Shown in pieces: positions 63,620 to 64,000 of a stretch of 64,000 nt of DNA; position 1 is the stretch's first letter; each line of letters opens with the position of its first letter. The DNA comes from Macrostomum lignano. Taxonomy: Eukaryota. The DNA lies in contig NIVC01000137.1 in the NCBI GenBank assembly GCA_002269645.1, positions 310,001 through 374,000 on the forward strand, given 5' to 3'. Both the position numbers and the translations under genes were made by a program. Under the pieces are notes generated by a model. That model did no database searches. It worked only from the letters and a program-made list of their open reading frames with translations, and had not been told where the DNA came from.

Positions 63620-64000
63620 ACAGTTCACCCTCTCCCCACAGTCTGTTTCACCCTCTCCCCACAGTCTGTTTCACCCTCTCCCTACTGTCTGTTTCACCCT
63701 CTCCCCACTGTCTGTTTCACCCTCTCCCTACTGTCTGTTTCACCCTCTCCCCACAGTCTGTTTCACCCTCTCCCCACAGTCTGTTTCACCCTCTCTCCAC
63801 AGTCTGTTTCACCCTCTCCCTACTGTCTGTTTCACCCTCTCCCCACTGTCTGTTTCACCCTCTCCCTACTGTCTGTTTCACCCTCTCCCCACAGTCTGTT
63901 TCACCCTCTCCCCACAGTCTGTTTCACCCTCTCCCCACAGTCTGTTTCACCCTCTCCCCACAGTCTGTTTCACCCTCTCCCTACTGTCTGTTTCACTCTC
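63620..64000. repeat. 23-bp intronic repeat CAGTCTGTTTCACCCTCTCCCCA
   Basis: Direct copies running to the window edge. Confidence 0.95.

Overview
Repeat-rich invertebrate (metazoan) genomic DNA with GC-rich exons and satellite-filled introns. The style resembles the flatworm Macrostomum, but that is inference only. Left half (1-32 kb) is a transposon and satellite pile. It holds a truncated LTR element with a tRNA-Gln PBS and an essentially intact, very young 8.64-kb Ty3/Gypsy element (3401-12040, minus strand; 700-bp LTRs with one visible mismatch, ACAT TSD, tRNA-His PBS, PPT, GGGAAAC plus pseudoknot -1 frameshift). It also holds satellites, a Ulp1-like fragment, LINE pieces, a Crypton-type recombinase fragment, a mariner and decayed Gypsy pieces. 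The main discovery candidate is an extra sense-strand ORF3 in the env position of the intact Gypsy. It encodes an HPD-less J-domain-like module, a helical region and a TatD-fold barrel lacking most metal ligands, with a candidate env-like splice route from U5. Right half: an unknown two-exon segment, a 3-exon secreted double-WSC gene, an unknown plus-strand gene, and 16 3' exons of DNA-PKcs (PRKDC, minus strand, 44489-63551). Nearly every PRKDC intron is filled by a different tandem repeat; introns also carry tRNA-derived CORE-like SINE sequence and a foldback MITE.
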